A stretch of 64,000 nt of DNA from the NCBI GenBank assembly GCA_964470815.1, contig CAYYEH010000004.1:16442-80441 (forward strand), in the 5' to 3' direction. The position numbers were made by a program, and so were the translations under genes. A model generated the notes under the pieces. The model saw only the letters and a program-made list of their open reading frames with translations, did no database searches and was not told the origin of the DNA. This DNA comes from an uncultured Rikenella sp. (GTDB lineage: Bacteria; Bacteroidota; Bacteroidia; Bacteroidales; VadinHA17). This document shows positions 16,813 through 26,565 of the stretch, one piece after another (the stretch's first letter is position 1; each line of letters starts with the position of its first letter).

Positions 16813-17523
16813 TTATGCAATATTGGTATAGACAGCCTGGATGTCATCGTCATCCTCGATGCGGTCAATTAGCTTTTCCACATCAGCCATCTGATCCTCG
16901 CTGAGGGTAACCGGGTTGAGCGGGATGCGCTTGAGGGACGCTTTCTTAACCTCTATCCCCTTTTCCTCAAGAGCCCTTGAGAGCGCACCGAAGGTTGAGA
17001 AATCACCATATACATACCATATGTCATCATACTCCTCAAGCGATTCAAGTCCTGCTTCAATCAGTTCAAGCTCAAGGTCATCCCTGGAGATGTTTTCAGG
17101 GGGTTCAAACTCAAACACAGCCTTTCGCGAGAACATGAATTCGAGGGATCCGGTTGGCACAACCGTTCCTCCGTTCTTATTGAATGATGCCCTCACATTG
17201 GCAACGGTACGGGTGTTGTTGTCGGTTGCAGCCTCAACCATGATGAGTACCCCGTGAGGGCCCTTCCCCTCATAAGTCAACTCTGCATAATCAGCAGTAT
17301 CCTTTCCGGATGCACGTTCTATTGCTGCCTTTATATTATCCTTCGGCATGTTCTGTGCCTTGGCATTCAGTATGGCCGTGCGCAGCCGCGGATTCATTTC
17401 CGGGTCCGTCCCTCCTTCCCTTGCGGCCATCGTTATTGCCTTTGCAAGTTTTGGAAAAAGCTTCGACATCTTGTCCCATCTGGCTTCCTTGGATGCCCTG
17501 CGATATTCAAATGCGCGTCCCAT
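16813..17523 (-). CDS. yebC: YebC/PmpR-family transcriptional regulator
   Basis: 236 aa with the characteristic N-terminus [51 protein letters not shown]. Confidence 0.92.
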   Translation of the reverse strand: MGRAFEYRRASKEARWDKMSKLFPKLAKAITMAAREGGTDPEMNPRLRTAILNAKAQNMPKDNIKAAIERASGKDTADYAELTYEGKGPHGVLIMVEAATDNNTRTVANVRASFNKNGGTVVPTGSLEFMFSRKAVFEFEPPENISRDDLELELIEAGLESLEEYDDIWYVYGDFSTFGALSRALEEKGIEVKKASLKRIPLNPVTLSEDQMADVEKLIDRIEDDDDIQAVYTNIA

Positions 17524-17762
17524 ATATATTAAAGGTAAGTTTTGTTTCCCGGCACCTCCTTCACCCGGGTATTCTGACAGGTGCAGGGCGGGGCAAAATT
17601 ACAACATGGATCGGAGAATCTGTATCCGGAAGATTAAAAAACCACACATAAAACAGTAAAGAGATAATTACCCCTCGCGTTATAGGCATTTAAACATTAA
17701 TATCAACCACTCTTTGAGAGGAGAGCCAGGGATGAAGAGATACAGTAAGAGAAGGACAGTTC

Positions 17763-18995
17763 TCAGGCAAAGAAGAGGTAAGCCACGAATATGGCGGCGA
17801 TGCTTCCGACAATATCGGCAAACAATCCGCATATGACTGCATACCTTGAATTCTTCACTCCCACTGAACCGAAGTAAACGGCAAGCACATAGAAGACCGT
17901 ATCGGTTGATCCCTGGAGGCAGCAGGCAAGCCGTCCGACGAATGAGTCAGCTCCGTGAATGGTCATGGCGTCAATCATCATCCCCCGGGATCCGCTTCCG
18001 CTGAGCGGTTTCATAAGGGCTGTGGGGAGCGCCTCGGTAAATGAGGTGTCAAGCCCCATCCAGGCAACCACGGCTGTGATGCCGTCAACAAGCATATCCA
18101 TTGCCCCCGATGCCCTGAACACCCCGATGGCCACAAGGATGGCAACTAGGTACGGTATGATGGTGATGGCAGTCTTGAACCCGTCCTTCGCACCCTCAAT
18201 GAATGTCTCGTATACGTTGACCCTCTTCACCATGGCCATAACGATAAATGTTATTATTATGCCGAATAATATGAAGTTGGCGGCGAAAGTGGATATGGTG
18301 TTTATCTGCTCCTGGGGAAGGGTGCTGAAATACCATACTATGCCGGCAATGACAGCAGTCAGTCCGCCCAGATAGGCCATGACAACCCGGTTGAGGAGGT
18401 TGATTTTCTGTACTACTGCCACGCTTATCAGCCCGGCCAGGGTGGCTATGTAAGTTGCAATAAGAATTGGTATGAAAACATCGGCAGGATTGGCAGCGCC
18501 GAGCTGGGCCCTGTAAACCATGATAGTAACAGGAATAAGACAGAGACCAGATGCGTTCAGTACCAGGAACATTATCATCGGGTCTGAAGCCACCTCCTTA
18601 TCGGCATTGTGTTCCTGCATCTCCTTCATGGCCTTCAGGCCCATGGGTGTGGCAGCATTATCGAGGCCAAGCATGTTTGCAGCCACATTGAGCATCATGG
18701 GGCCATGGGCAGGACTGTTGGCAGGCAGATGCGGGAAGAGTCTCCTGAAAAAAGGTCCTATTGCCTTCGAAAGGAGCCTGACGGCACCTCCCTTCTCCCC
18801 CACGCGCATCAGTCCCATCCATAGGGTAAGTACCCCGGTCAGCCCGAGTGAAATCTCAAAACCGGTTCGGGCGCTCGTGAATGTAGACTCAACTATCCGG
18901 TTGAATACAGAAGTGTCACCGTTGAAGATAAGCTGTGCCAGGGCAAAGATAAACCCTATCAGAAAAAATGCGATCCAGATATAGTTAAGTGCCAT
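17763..18995 (-). CDS. Nucleoside-recognition (Gate) domain membrane protein, fused SpmA/SpmB type
   Basis: 410 aa, polytopic. The N-terminus MALNYIWIAFFLIGF and overall composition are typical of SpmA/SpmB fusions. Confidence 0.7.
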   Translation of the reverse strand: MALNYIWIAFFLIGFIFALAQLIFNGDTSVFNRIVESTFTSARTGFEISLGLTGVLTLWMGLMRVGEKGGAVRLLSKAIGPFFRRLFPHLPANSPAHGPMMLNVAANMLGLDNAATPMGLKAMKEMQEHNADKEVASDPMIMFLVLNASGLCLIPVTIMVYRAQLGAANPADVFIPILIATYIATLAGLISVAVVQKINLLNRVVMAYLGGLTAVIAGIVWYFSTLPQEQINTISTFAANFILFGIIITFIVMAMVKRVNVYETFIEGAKDGFKTAITIIPYLVAILVAIGVFRASGAMDMLVDGITAVVAWMGLDTSFTEALPTALMKPLSGSGSRGMMIDAMTIHGADSFVGRLACCLQGSTDTVFYVLAVYFGSVGVKNSRYAVICGLFADIVGSIAAIFVAYLFFA

Positions 18996-19059
18996 CCGGT
19001 AATAGTCTCAGATGATAAAAATAGGGAAAATATTTATTTGAGCCGGGCAGATGACAAAT

Positions 19060-19443
19060 TCAGAGTTCATCTACTTCCACTATTTCAAACGGGACCTGCA
19101 GTATGGCCTTGAAGTCCCTCCCGGCATCACGCATGTTATCATCGCCGTTCTCGCAATACCACCTGATAAGCACATCACTGTCAGACAGGTAGATCCTCTC
19201 AAAACGCTTGAAAAGCGCATGTATCCTGTTTGAAGAACTGGTATTGAAAAACTCGAACCTGACGCTGAGCACTGTTCTTTCGGCAGGCCTGCTGCCATAC
19301 TTTTCCACATATTGAAGCAGGGGTCCATAGAAACTGTTTGAGTTCTCGGGTATTGACTTGCCCCTCATCTCAAACAGCCCGCGCTCAGGGTCAAAATTTA
19401 CCGACGGGGTTTTGGAGGTCTCCTTGATATCTATTTTTTCCAT
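19060..19443 (-). CDS. DUF1987 / SiaC-family protein
   Basis: Translation from ATG 19443 reads MEKIDIKETSKTPSVNFDPERGLFEMRGKSIPENSNSFYGPLLQYVEKY...FEFFNTSS. This is the characteristic DUF1987 opening and about 127-aa size. The 18 upstream residues in the ORF track are probably not translated. Confidence 0.7.
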   Translation of the reverse strand: MEKIDIKETSKTPSVNFDPERGLFEMRGKSIPENSNSFYGPLLQYVEKYGSRPAERTVLSVRFEFFNTSSSNRIHALFKRFERIYLSDSDVLIRWYCENGDDNMRDAGRDFKAILQVPFEIVEVDEL

Positions 19444-19547
19444 ATATGTGAACCGGCAGCAGAGTATAAATTTATGGATTTCCTCCAATATAGACAAATC
19501 ACATGCCTGTGTTGAAAAATTCCCGGAAAATTAACACCTCTTTATGC

Positions 19548-19555
19548 TACATTTG
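19548..19555 (+). promoter_or_regulatory. -7 promoter box TACATTTG
   Basis: Matches TAnnTTTG, 36 nt upstream of ATG 19591. Confidence 0.45.
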
Positions 19556-19590
19556 AGGTAGCAGCTATTCATCATCAACTATTTTACAGA

Positions 19591-22308
19591 ATGATCAGTT
19601 TGGCCATGCACATTAAACGACTGTCTGTCAGTGCTATAATAGTTATTTCTTTCATTTCTGCGGCCTTTGCCGGTGACGTTACGGTTACCGGCACGGTATC
19701 AGACCGCGAAGGTTCGCCCATAATGAATGCAAGAGTCTCTTTCTTTCTGAATTCCAGGGAGTTCAGGGTCTCAACCGGAACTGACGGAAGGTATGCGGTT
19801 AAGATCACGGGATCATACAGTGATGTAGCGGGCGAATTCGTTGCAGGCACTCCGTACCCCAACCCCTTTGACAACAGCGTAAATATCCCATTTATTATCA
19901 ACACTTCCGGAGATGTGATGCTCACCATTTACAACCTGGCCGGGGAGAAGGTAAGGGTTATGGTTTTTCCGGACGTGACAGCGGGAAGTTACAATGTTGT
20001 ATGGGACGGTTGCGGGCAGAACAATGCGCCAATGAGTGCCGGGCTGTACATCTATGCCATAGCTTTCCGGGGCAGGTCCTACAGCGGCAGGCTGGTCAAG
20101 GCTTCCTCAGACGGGTCAATTTCCTCCGGAAGCGGGCTGGAGCCGGTGATGTTGCCGCCCGGTGAACCCATCCCTGAGCCTTCGCTTCGTTTTCCTGTAA
20201 CATCAGAAGTAACTGCCCGGGGCTTTTATCCGGTGAGGCTTACAGACATAACCCTTGCTGCTGACACGGTTATAGACTTCGTTCTTACGACAAGCCGCTC
20301 CATGCCTTTTACCGTGGCCGGAGATTATATTGCCAGGTTTATCGGTAATGATTATGAGCCTATGATTCTCAAGGGGGTTAATCTCGGCTCGTCGCCTCCG
20401 GGTTACTTTCCGGGCGAGATAGCATATGCCATCACAGCCGAGACATATAAGAGATGGATTGAACGGATGGCAGAAGCAGGCTTCAATACCGTCAGGGTTT
20501 ACACTCTTCATCCGCCGGTCTTCTATGAGAAGCTGGCCGAGCACAACCAGCGTCATCCCGACAGGCCCCTTCTTCTCTTCCAGGGTATATGGCTTGAGGA
20601 GGTTGAGGACGGAACGGATCCCTTAAGCTATGATCTCATCAGGCGCCGGCAGGCCTTCAGCTCGGAGATAGCTGAGGTGATAGACTGTATCCATGGAAAT
20701 GGTGACATTGCATTCAGGTACGGCAAATCTTACGGTATCTATAAAACCGATGTCTCGCAATGGACAGCAGGTTATATCATTGGCCGTGAGGTTGCTCCGC
20801 AGGAGATAGATTCCACCAATAAGTTCCACCCGGGAACCATTTCCTATTCCGGCACCCGGTTCAGCATCAGCGGCAGGAGTGCTTCGGAGGCATTCATTAC
20901 CGAAATGCTTGACAGGGTGGTTGTCTTTGAGGAGAACGAGTATTCATCCAGCAGGCCTGTAAGTTTTTCAAGCTGGCCGACCCTTGACCCTCTGGAACAC
21001 CCTACCGAGATATACACTGACGAGGATGTGGCATCATTTGATATCACACGGATAACACGCAACGGAGGGCCGGGGCTGTTTGCCAGCTACCATGCCTATC
21101 CCTATTATCCGAACTTCATCAGCCAGGAGCCGTCATACCTGGGATACAATGACAGCCAGGGTCCCAACAGTTATCTGGGTTACCTGACGGCCATGAAAAA
21201 TCATTACTCGGATATGCCACTGGTGATAGCCGAGTTTGGCGTACCTTCAAGCTGGGGCAGCGCACACCAGTCATACAGTTCAATGCACCATGGCGGATAC
21301 TCCGAGATACAGCAGGGGGAAAAGAACATGCGAATGATGCATAACATGCTTGACGCCGGTTGCGCCGGAGGATTTATGTTTGCCTGGATGGACGAATGGT
21401 TCAAACGGACCTGGATAGTGCTTTACCAGGAGGCCTATGGGGTGGATGCCGGGGGAGAAACAATTCCAACACGACAGCTGTGGCATAACGAGACCTCTCC
21501 GGAACAGTGCTTCGGCCTGCTCGCATTCGAGCAGAAGAACAGGCCTGACTTCGTCCCTTACCTCACCGATAACCCCGCCGGTCCGCTGAATTCAGTCAGG
21601 GCCACTCATGACGAAGGATTCCTCTACCTTGAGATAAACACTGCAGCCGACCTGGTTCCGACGGATGAATTCATGGTGGCATTTGACACCTACCGGGGCA
21701 ACACAGGTGAATCAACCCTGCCGGGCGGTATTACCACAGGCAACAGGGCAGAGTTTTTGCTTACCTTCACCCTTGAGGATGACACGGCACTGCATCATGT
21801 GACAGAGGCATACGATATGAACGGTCTCACGGTGCGGTTCAATCTCACTGAACCGGAGCAGCAGTTCAGGAGCACAAACACCGACGGGGCACCCTGGAAG
21901 GTGATGAGATGGACCAATGACGGCTTTGAGCTTACCTACCATGACATAGGCAAGGTTCCCGTTGAGCATTCTTCAACCTTCACCGAAGGCAACAGGGCAT
22001 CTGTAGCCTGGAACGGCAGGAAAATAACCATCAGGCTTCCATGGACCATGCTCCATTTCTTTGATCCCACACAGATGACTGTCAATGACGGGGCTGTATC
22101 ATATGACGGTGGTTATAACTTCGAGATTATCACAGCCCAGTCTGACGGTATTGCCGTCTCAGTATGGCACAAAGGGGTGGTCACCAATGCCATGAACAGG
22201 TACAGCTGGCCCAGGTGGCTCCTGGTTCCGCAGACCATAGAAAGGGAAAAAGCCTCGCTTCATATCATTGAGGAGGGATTGAGAGCGATACCTGATCTGG
22301 TTGATTAA
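19591..22308 (+). CDS. Secreted multidomain protein: CarboxypepD_reg-like + FlgD-Ig/T9SS-CTD-like beta-sandwich + putative clan GH-A (beta/alpha)8 glycoside hydrolase + C-terminal beta-rich region
   Basis: 905 aa with a signal peptide. VTVTGTVSDREGSPIMNARV is CarboxypepD_reg-like. PYPNPFDNSVNIPF...LTIYNLAGEKV...AGSYNVVWDG...GLYIY is FlgD-Ig/Por_Secre_tail-like (nt 19852..20103). The TIM-barrel-like core has GVNLG, FNTVRVYT, YIIGREV (candidate acid/base) and VIAEFGVPSSWG (candidate nucleophile). The GH assignment rests on motif resemblance only. Confidence 0.55.
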   Translation: MISLAMHIKRLSVSAIIVISFISAAFAGDVTVTGTVSDREGSPIMNARVSFFLNSREFRVSTGTDGRYAVKITGSYSDVAGEFVAGTPYPNPFDNSVNIPFIINTSGDVMLTIYNLAGEKVRVMVFPDVTAGSYNVVWDGCGQNNAPMSAGLYIYAIAFRGRSYSGRLVKASSDGSISSGSGLEPVMLPPGEPIPEPSLRFPVTSEVTARGFYPVRLTDITLAADTVIDFVLTTSRSMPFTVAGDYIARFIGNDYEPMILKGVNLGSSPPGYFPGEIAYAITAETYKRWIERMAEAGFNTVRVYTLHPPVFYEKLAEHNQRHPDRPLLLFQGIWLEEVEDGTDPLSYDLIRRRQAFSSEIAEVIDCIHGNGDIAFRYGKSYGIYKTDVSQWTAGYIIGREVAPQEIDSTNKFHPGTISYSGTRFSISGRSASEAFITEMLDRVVVFEENEYSSSRPVSFSSWPTLDPLEHPTEIYTDEDVASFDITRITRNGGPGLFASYHAYPYYPNFISQEPSYLGYNDSQGPNSYLGYLTAMKNHYSDMPLVIAEFGVPSSWGSAHQSYSSMHHGGYSEIQQGEKNMRMMHNMLDAGCAGGFMFAWMDEWFKRTWIVLYQEAYGVDAGGETIPTRQLWHNETSPEQCFGLLAFEQKNRPDFVPYLTDNPAGPLNSVRATHDEGFLYLEINTAADLVPTDEFMVAFDTYRGNTGESTLPGGITTGNRAEFLLTFTLEDDTALHHVTEAYDMNGLTVRFNLTEPEQQFRSTNTDGAPWKVMRWTNDGFELTYHDIGKVPVEHSSTFTEGNRASVAWNGRKITIRLPWTMLHFFDPTQMTVNDGAVSYDGGYNFEIITAQSDGIAVSVWHKGVVTNAMNRYSWPRWLLVPQTIEREKASLHIIEEGLRAIPDLVD

Positions 22309-22322
22309 TAAAGCCTGGGGCC

Positions 22323-23729
22323 CTAAGACTTCTTCTTGTTCTGGAATCCGCTTCTCTCGGCTTTGCCCCACCCTTTCTTGCCCCGCAGTGATTCAAGATT
22401 ACCCCGGACGGCGAAGTAGGTATGAACCGGGTAGAAGAATGGTTCAAGCATTGCGGTGCCTATCAGTCTCAGTACATCCCTTTTTCTCCGGTATTTGTGG
22501 AATGTGATCTCCTCAAACAGCACGGCCCAGGTGGTCAGGCTCACCGCGAAGCTGTACACGAACAGGAACAGCAGCAGGAAGAACGGCCAGTTAAGGGCGC
22601 CCGAAACAGCAAGGTAGATTGAATAAACGATACCAAGGAAGGCGATAAGCGGGGCAGCCCATTCGAAGAGGAGCCAGTACGGATATCCGAGCAGGCCCAG
22701 TCTGCCGTAACGGGTATTCAGCATCATCTTGCGATGTGACCAGAGTGATTCTATCAGGCCTCTTGTCCATCTCGTGCGTTGCTTGCGCATTGACTTCAGG
22801 TCGGAGGGCACCTCTGTCCAGCAGAGGGGGTCAGGTATATAGGTGACTTCGTACTTCTGCTTATGTTCAGCCATGTAGCGTCTCATTCTCAGCACCAGTT
22901 CCATGTCCTCGCCTACGGTCTTGACATTGTAACCTCCGGCCCTGATGACCGTCTCACGGTCAAACATGCCCATGGCGCCGGAAATGAGCATGAGTCCGTC
23001 GAGGTGACTCCATGCCATACGGCCGAGCAGGAATGCACGGGTGTAATCAAGAACCTGAAGTCTGGGAAGGAATTTCTTCGGAAGGTTTATCTGACGGATA
23101 TGACCACGTTCAATGTCGCAGGAATTGACAATCCGGATCACGCCTCCGGTGCCGATGACCTTTTTTTCCTTCTCCTCAAGGAATGGCTTGACGAGTTTAA
23201 GTATTGAATCAGGCTCGATAATCGAATCAGCATCGATAGTAACGATAAGATTGCTGCGGCTGATATTGATTCCGGCATTGAGTGAATCAGCCTTTCCTCC
23301 GTTATTCTTATCAATTACTGTCAGCCTGTTGTAGGCGGGATCCTTTGACCGGTAAACACCCCTGATTCTCTCGCATGGTATCCTGTAGTCAAAATAGTAG
23401 TTAACCCTGACAAGTTCATAGGCATCCCTTATCTTTTCAAAAGTGCCGTCGGTTGAGCCGTCGTTGACGATGATCACCTCAAAGTTGTTATAGTAGAGAG
23501 AAAGAAGGGTCCGGACGTTGTCAATGATGGTCTTGCCTTCATTATAGGCCGGAGCGATGATGGTGATCCTCGGGCTGAGTGGAGAGAGCACCAGTGAGTT
23601 GTAGTTTACGTAACTGTTCTTGCGCAGGTACTTTCTCAGCGCCAGGGCTGAGTGTATGCCGAGCAGCAGGTATGACCCGAAGAGTACGAGGGTCAGGTAG
23701 AATATCAGATGTGCAAAGATAAATCCCAT
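22323..23729 (-). CDS. Processive family-2 glycosyltransferase (PgaC/IcaA/cellulose-synthase-like polysaccharide synthase)
   Basis: 468 aa. N-terminal TM, IIAPAYNE, VNDGSTDGT, DADS (DxD), VGEDMEL (GED/TED), QRTRWTRG (QxxRW) and 3-4 C-terminal TM helices. Confidence 0.88.
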   Translation of the reverse strand: MGFIFAHLIFYLTLVLFGSYLLLGIHSALALRKYLRKNSYVNYNSLVLSPLSPRITIIAPAYNEGKTIIDNVRTLLSLYYNNFEVIIVNDGSTDGTFEKIRDAYELVRVNYYFDYRIPCERIRGVYRSKDPAYNRLTVIDKNNGGKADSLNAGINISRSNLIVTIDADSIIEPDSILKLVKPFLEEKEKKVIGTGGVIRIVNSCDIERGHIRQINLPKKFLPRLQVLDYTRAFLLGRMAWSHLDGLMLISGAMGMFDRETVIRAGGYNVKTVGEDMELVLRMRRYMAEHKQKYEVTYIPDPLCWTEVPSDLKSMRKQRTRWTRGLIESLWSHRKMMLNTRYGRLGLLGYPYWLLFEWAAPLIAFLGIVYSIYLAVSGALNWPFFLLLFLFVYSFAVSLTTWAVLFEEITFHKYRRKRDVLRLIGTAMLEPFFYPVHTYFAVRGNLESLRGKKGWGKAERSGFQNKKKS

Positions 23730-23734
23730 GGTAT

Positions 23735-25474
23735 TCAGTATATCCTGCGGTCAAGCACGTGCCTGACTATGATGTTATAGTTCTTGTACTCTGATTTCAT
23801 CACCTTGACAAGGGCCTGCACACCCACCTCGCCCATGTTCTCGATGGCCTTCACAGCTTCAATCTGAAGCTGAACATCATCCTCCTTGTCAAGTACCAGC
23901 CTGAGGAATCCCAGCATGGAGGTTTCGGGCATTTTGCCCATTGATTTCACTATTTCCAGGCAGTTGTTGTACTCCTGGAACTTATACATGCGCTTCATAG
24001 TATCCAGGGTGGTCCGCATGTCAAGATCCCCTGCCACCTCCACTGCAAGCCTGCTCACGCGGGAATCCCGGTGAAGCAGCGCCTTCCTGATCTCGGGCTC
24101 AGCCTCCTTCTGCCTGAACTCCCTTATCATCCTGAGGGCAAACATCACCACCGTCGGGTTTTCGGAAGAGAGCCATCTCTGGAAGTCAGGGACAGGCAGG
24201 TCATGCTGAATGATGAGGTCATGAAGGGTTATCTGTTCCCACAGGGAGAATGGCCTCCTCAGATGCGAAAGGAAATCGAAATGGTCATTCTCGCTGAGCC
24301 TGACAAGTGCAATCTGTGCTTCCATCCTCAGGATCTCGTTCCTGGAGTTGATCACCCTGTACATCTCATCATTGCCTTCACTGATACCCATAAAGGCCAG
24401 CTCCCGAAAACCCTTGATTTTCTTATGCCAGCGACGGCTGCGGGCCCTTGCCAGGGAGTCACTGTCAAGCTCAAGATCCATGTAGAGCTTCATAAGCTTC
24501 TCCCTGGAGTCACCTTTCAGGTTAACGCTGACGTCAATCATCTGATCTATAAGCACCTGCCTGCGGTAGTTGTCAGATGCTATTTTCCTGAACGGATCCG
24601 GGCTGCTGCTTCCGAAAAGGTAATCTATGATCAGAGACTGGTACTGTTCAAGAAGATACTGTCTCAGTTTCGCCTCCCTTTCCATCCTTCGCCTGTTAAG
24701 GAGAATGACGAGGAGAAGTATCAGCATTGTGGCGAATGATGCCAGTATGGCAAAAATCAAGGCATTGACCAGTGCCACGGACTTGCCGAAATAGTTGTAG
24801 CGGTTAAGCCAGGGGCTGTCTCCCCTTAGAAAAAAGAGGTTTCCTATCCCCGGTCTTACAGTTTGTGTTTCTGCAGGTTTTTCTTCAGCCGGAGTTGTCA
24901 TCTGCCAGGTCTCATGCAGCTCTGATACCGGGATGGCTGCTGTTGCAGGTACGGAATCCGTTCTGTCGGCTGAGGCCCGAAAGGGGATATCCTCCCCTGT
25001 CATGGTTCCGGTGCCTGGCAACACCCCTTTTTGAGATTCTGTTTCAGGCTCAGCGGCTTCCGTCAACGTCTCATTATCTGACGAAGTGCTTCTTCCATTT
25101 TCACCCTCGAATGCCACCGGTATGTACAGGCAGGGTGCCTCACCTCTCAGTGCACTGTTGATGAATACCTTGAACAGGCCGGCATCCTCGATGATGTCAA
25201 CAGGCAGACCTGACATTTCAGTTATCTTCCTGCTCAGAGCCTCGGCATTGGCACGCCTGCCGAATGCACCCATCTGGATGGCATAGTTCCCGTTTGCAAG
25301 TGAAACAAGTCCTCCGACGGTAAGCTCGGAAGGGAATGTTGAAAGGACAGGGACGGCAGATCCTGTTCCCTGTGAGCGTACCGATTCATTCCAGCTTTCT
25401 TCAGCTGCAGTGAAGGAGTGCAATGGAAGGGCACCAACGGCCATGGCCAGCAGTATGGTCAGTGTCATTCTCAT
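23735..25474 (-). CDS. Bitopic membrane protein: signal peptide + SPOR-like domain + TM helix + cytoplasmic HEAT-repeat domain
   Basis: 579 aa. The SPOR-like segment is NGNYAIQMGAFGRRANAEALSRKITEMSGLPVDIIEDAGLFKVFI. An acidic/Thr-rich linker follows, then the TM helix ALVNALIFAILASFATMLILLLVILL and about 300 aa of helical repeats (ENPTVVMFALRMIRE, RDSRVSRLAVEVAGD, DVQLQIEAVKAIENMG). Confidence 0.6.
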   Translation of the reverse strand: MRMTLTILLAMAVGALPLHSFTAAEESWNESVRSQGTGSAVPVLSTFPSELTVGGLVSLANGNYAIQMGAFGRRANAEALSRKITEMSGLPVDIIEDAGLFKVFINSALRGEAPCLYIPVAFEGENGRSTSSDNETLTEAAEPETESQKGVLPGTGTMTGEDIPFRASADRTDSVPATAAIPVSELHETWQMTTPAEEKPAETQTVRPGIGNLFFLRGDSPWLNRYNYFGKSVALVNALIFAILASFATMLILLLVILLNRRRMEREAKLRQYLLEQYQSLIIDYLFGSSSPDPFRKIASDNYRRQVLIDQMIDVSVNLKGDSREKLMKLYMDLELDSDSLARARSRRWHKKIKGFRELAFMGISEGNDEMYRVINSRNEILRMEAQIALVRLSENDHFDFLSHLRRPFSLWEQITLHDLIIQHDLPVPDFQRWLSSENPTVVMFALRMIREFRQKEAEPEIRKALLHRDSRVSRLAVEVAGDLDMRTTLDTMKRMYKFQEYNNCLEIVKSMGKMPETSMLGFLRLVLDKEDDVQLQIEAVKAIENMGEVGVQALVKVMKSEYKNYNIIVRHVLDRRIY

Positions 25475-26565
25475 TCCTTTCGTCCGATACCTCTTGTTAT
25501 TCCGACGTTCCCTTCAAACCTGTTGCGGGATGAGGTTGGATTGTATTTTTCGAAAGAATAGCCTGCCCCGATCCTTACCGACCACCAGTGATTTATCTGG
25601 TTGAACCAGGTCATCCTGACAGAAGTTGCCTTCTGTCGTTCAAGGTCAGTAAGTATATCATACGGTTCATCGGGTGCCGTTCCGGTACCCACTGTAAGCT
25701 GGAGATAATCAGTTGTACCGAGGTATCTCCTGGCAGTAATGAAGAATGATGTTGTAACTCCTATCTCCTTAAAATGGAAATATGTCCTTCCCGAGAACCA
25801 GTAACGGCTCAGGTATTTCTCCAGAGAGAATGTGCCGATAAAGATACTATTATCAAAATAGTAATAATTGACGCCCGCAGAAACAGCCAGTCCTGCCGGG
25901 AGAGTCTGCCACAGCTCAAGGGCTGCCCTGTGGCGGGGGAACCAGGGGCCGTCGCTGAAAGCGTAGGCAACATAGGCATAATTTCTTCTGCCAAGTTCGG
26001 GCCATGCTTCGGCGGCGAACTGGAAATCATTGCCGGCGGTGTCTGAAGGAGGGCCTGTATTAAGGTGTCCGTAATTAACCGATGCAGTTGCGGTACCCCA
26101 TGAAAACCGGTGGCCTGCTCCCAGGCTGAACACCTGCCAGAGACGGTCATAAGGCTCACTGTAGGTATCAAAGGAATAGCCGGCCCTGATATCCGTAGGA
26201 GCGGCAATCTGCTGTGCTCTGTCGCGCGACCATCGCCTGATATCGGTAATCGCCCCGAGGGCGTCCGTGTTATCGGGATCAGAAATCAGCAGGGTGTCTA
26301 TCACGGCAGCTCCTTCGTCATACCTTCCCTGCCAGGCTATTATTCTCCCGAGCAGAACCCGTGCGTCGCCAAACTCCGGATATTCCCTGACAAGCCTGCG
26401 GGCTGCCGGTTCCGCCTCCTCATATCTGCCGTCAAACGCCAGCGAACGGATCCTTGAGTACTCCTCTTCGGGGTTGGTTATGGTCTGGGATAATAACAAT
26501 CCGGTTGTCATGATAAACATAACCGCCAGCGAAAGGGTTTTTATCAGTCTTTTGAACTCCATCAT
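25471..26565 (-). CDS. Outer-membrane protein: N-terminal TPR segment + YaiO-family beta-barrel
   Basis: 364 aa with a signal peptide. TPR-like region: SLAFDGRYEEAEPAARRLVREYPEFGDARVLLGRIIAWQGRYDEGAAVIDTLL. The remainder shows the alternating aromatic/hydrophobic pattern of a beta-barrel (IRAGYSFDTY, FSLGAGHRFSWG, YVAYAFSDG, SAGVNYYYF, RIGAGYSFEKY). The YaiO assignment is from memory of the family pattern. Confidence 0.6.
   Translation of the reverse strand: MMEFKRLIKTLSLAVMFIMTTGLLLSQTITNPEEEYSRIRSLAFDGRYEEAEPAARRLVREYPEFGDARVLLGRIIAWQGRYDEGAAVIDTLLISDPDNTDALGAITDIRRWSRDRAQQIAAPTDIRAGYSFDTYSEPYDRLWQVFSLGAGHRFSWGTATASVNYGHLNTGPPSDTAGNDFQFAAEAWPELGRRNYAYVAYAFSDGPWFPRHRAALELWQTLPAGLAVSAGVNYYYFDNSIFIGTFSLEKYLSRYWFSGRTYFHFKEIGVTTSFFITARRYLGTTDYLQLTVGTGTAPDEPYDILTDLERQKATSVRMTWFNQINHWWSVRIGAGYSFEKYNPTSSRNRFEGNVGITRGIGRKE

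Noticed and set aside
19852-20103. T9SS C-terminal sorting domain
   Set aside because: The sequence pattern resembles Por_Secre_tail/FlgD-Ig, but it sits at residues about 88-171 of 905, not at the C-terminus. I therefore do not call it a functional T9SS sorting signal.
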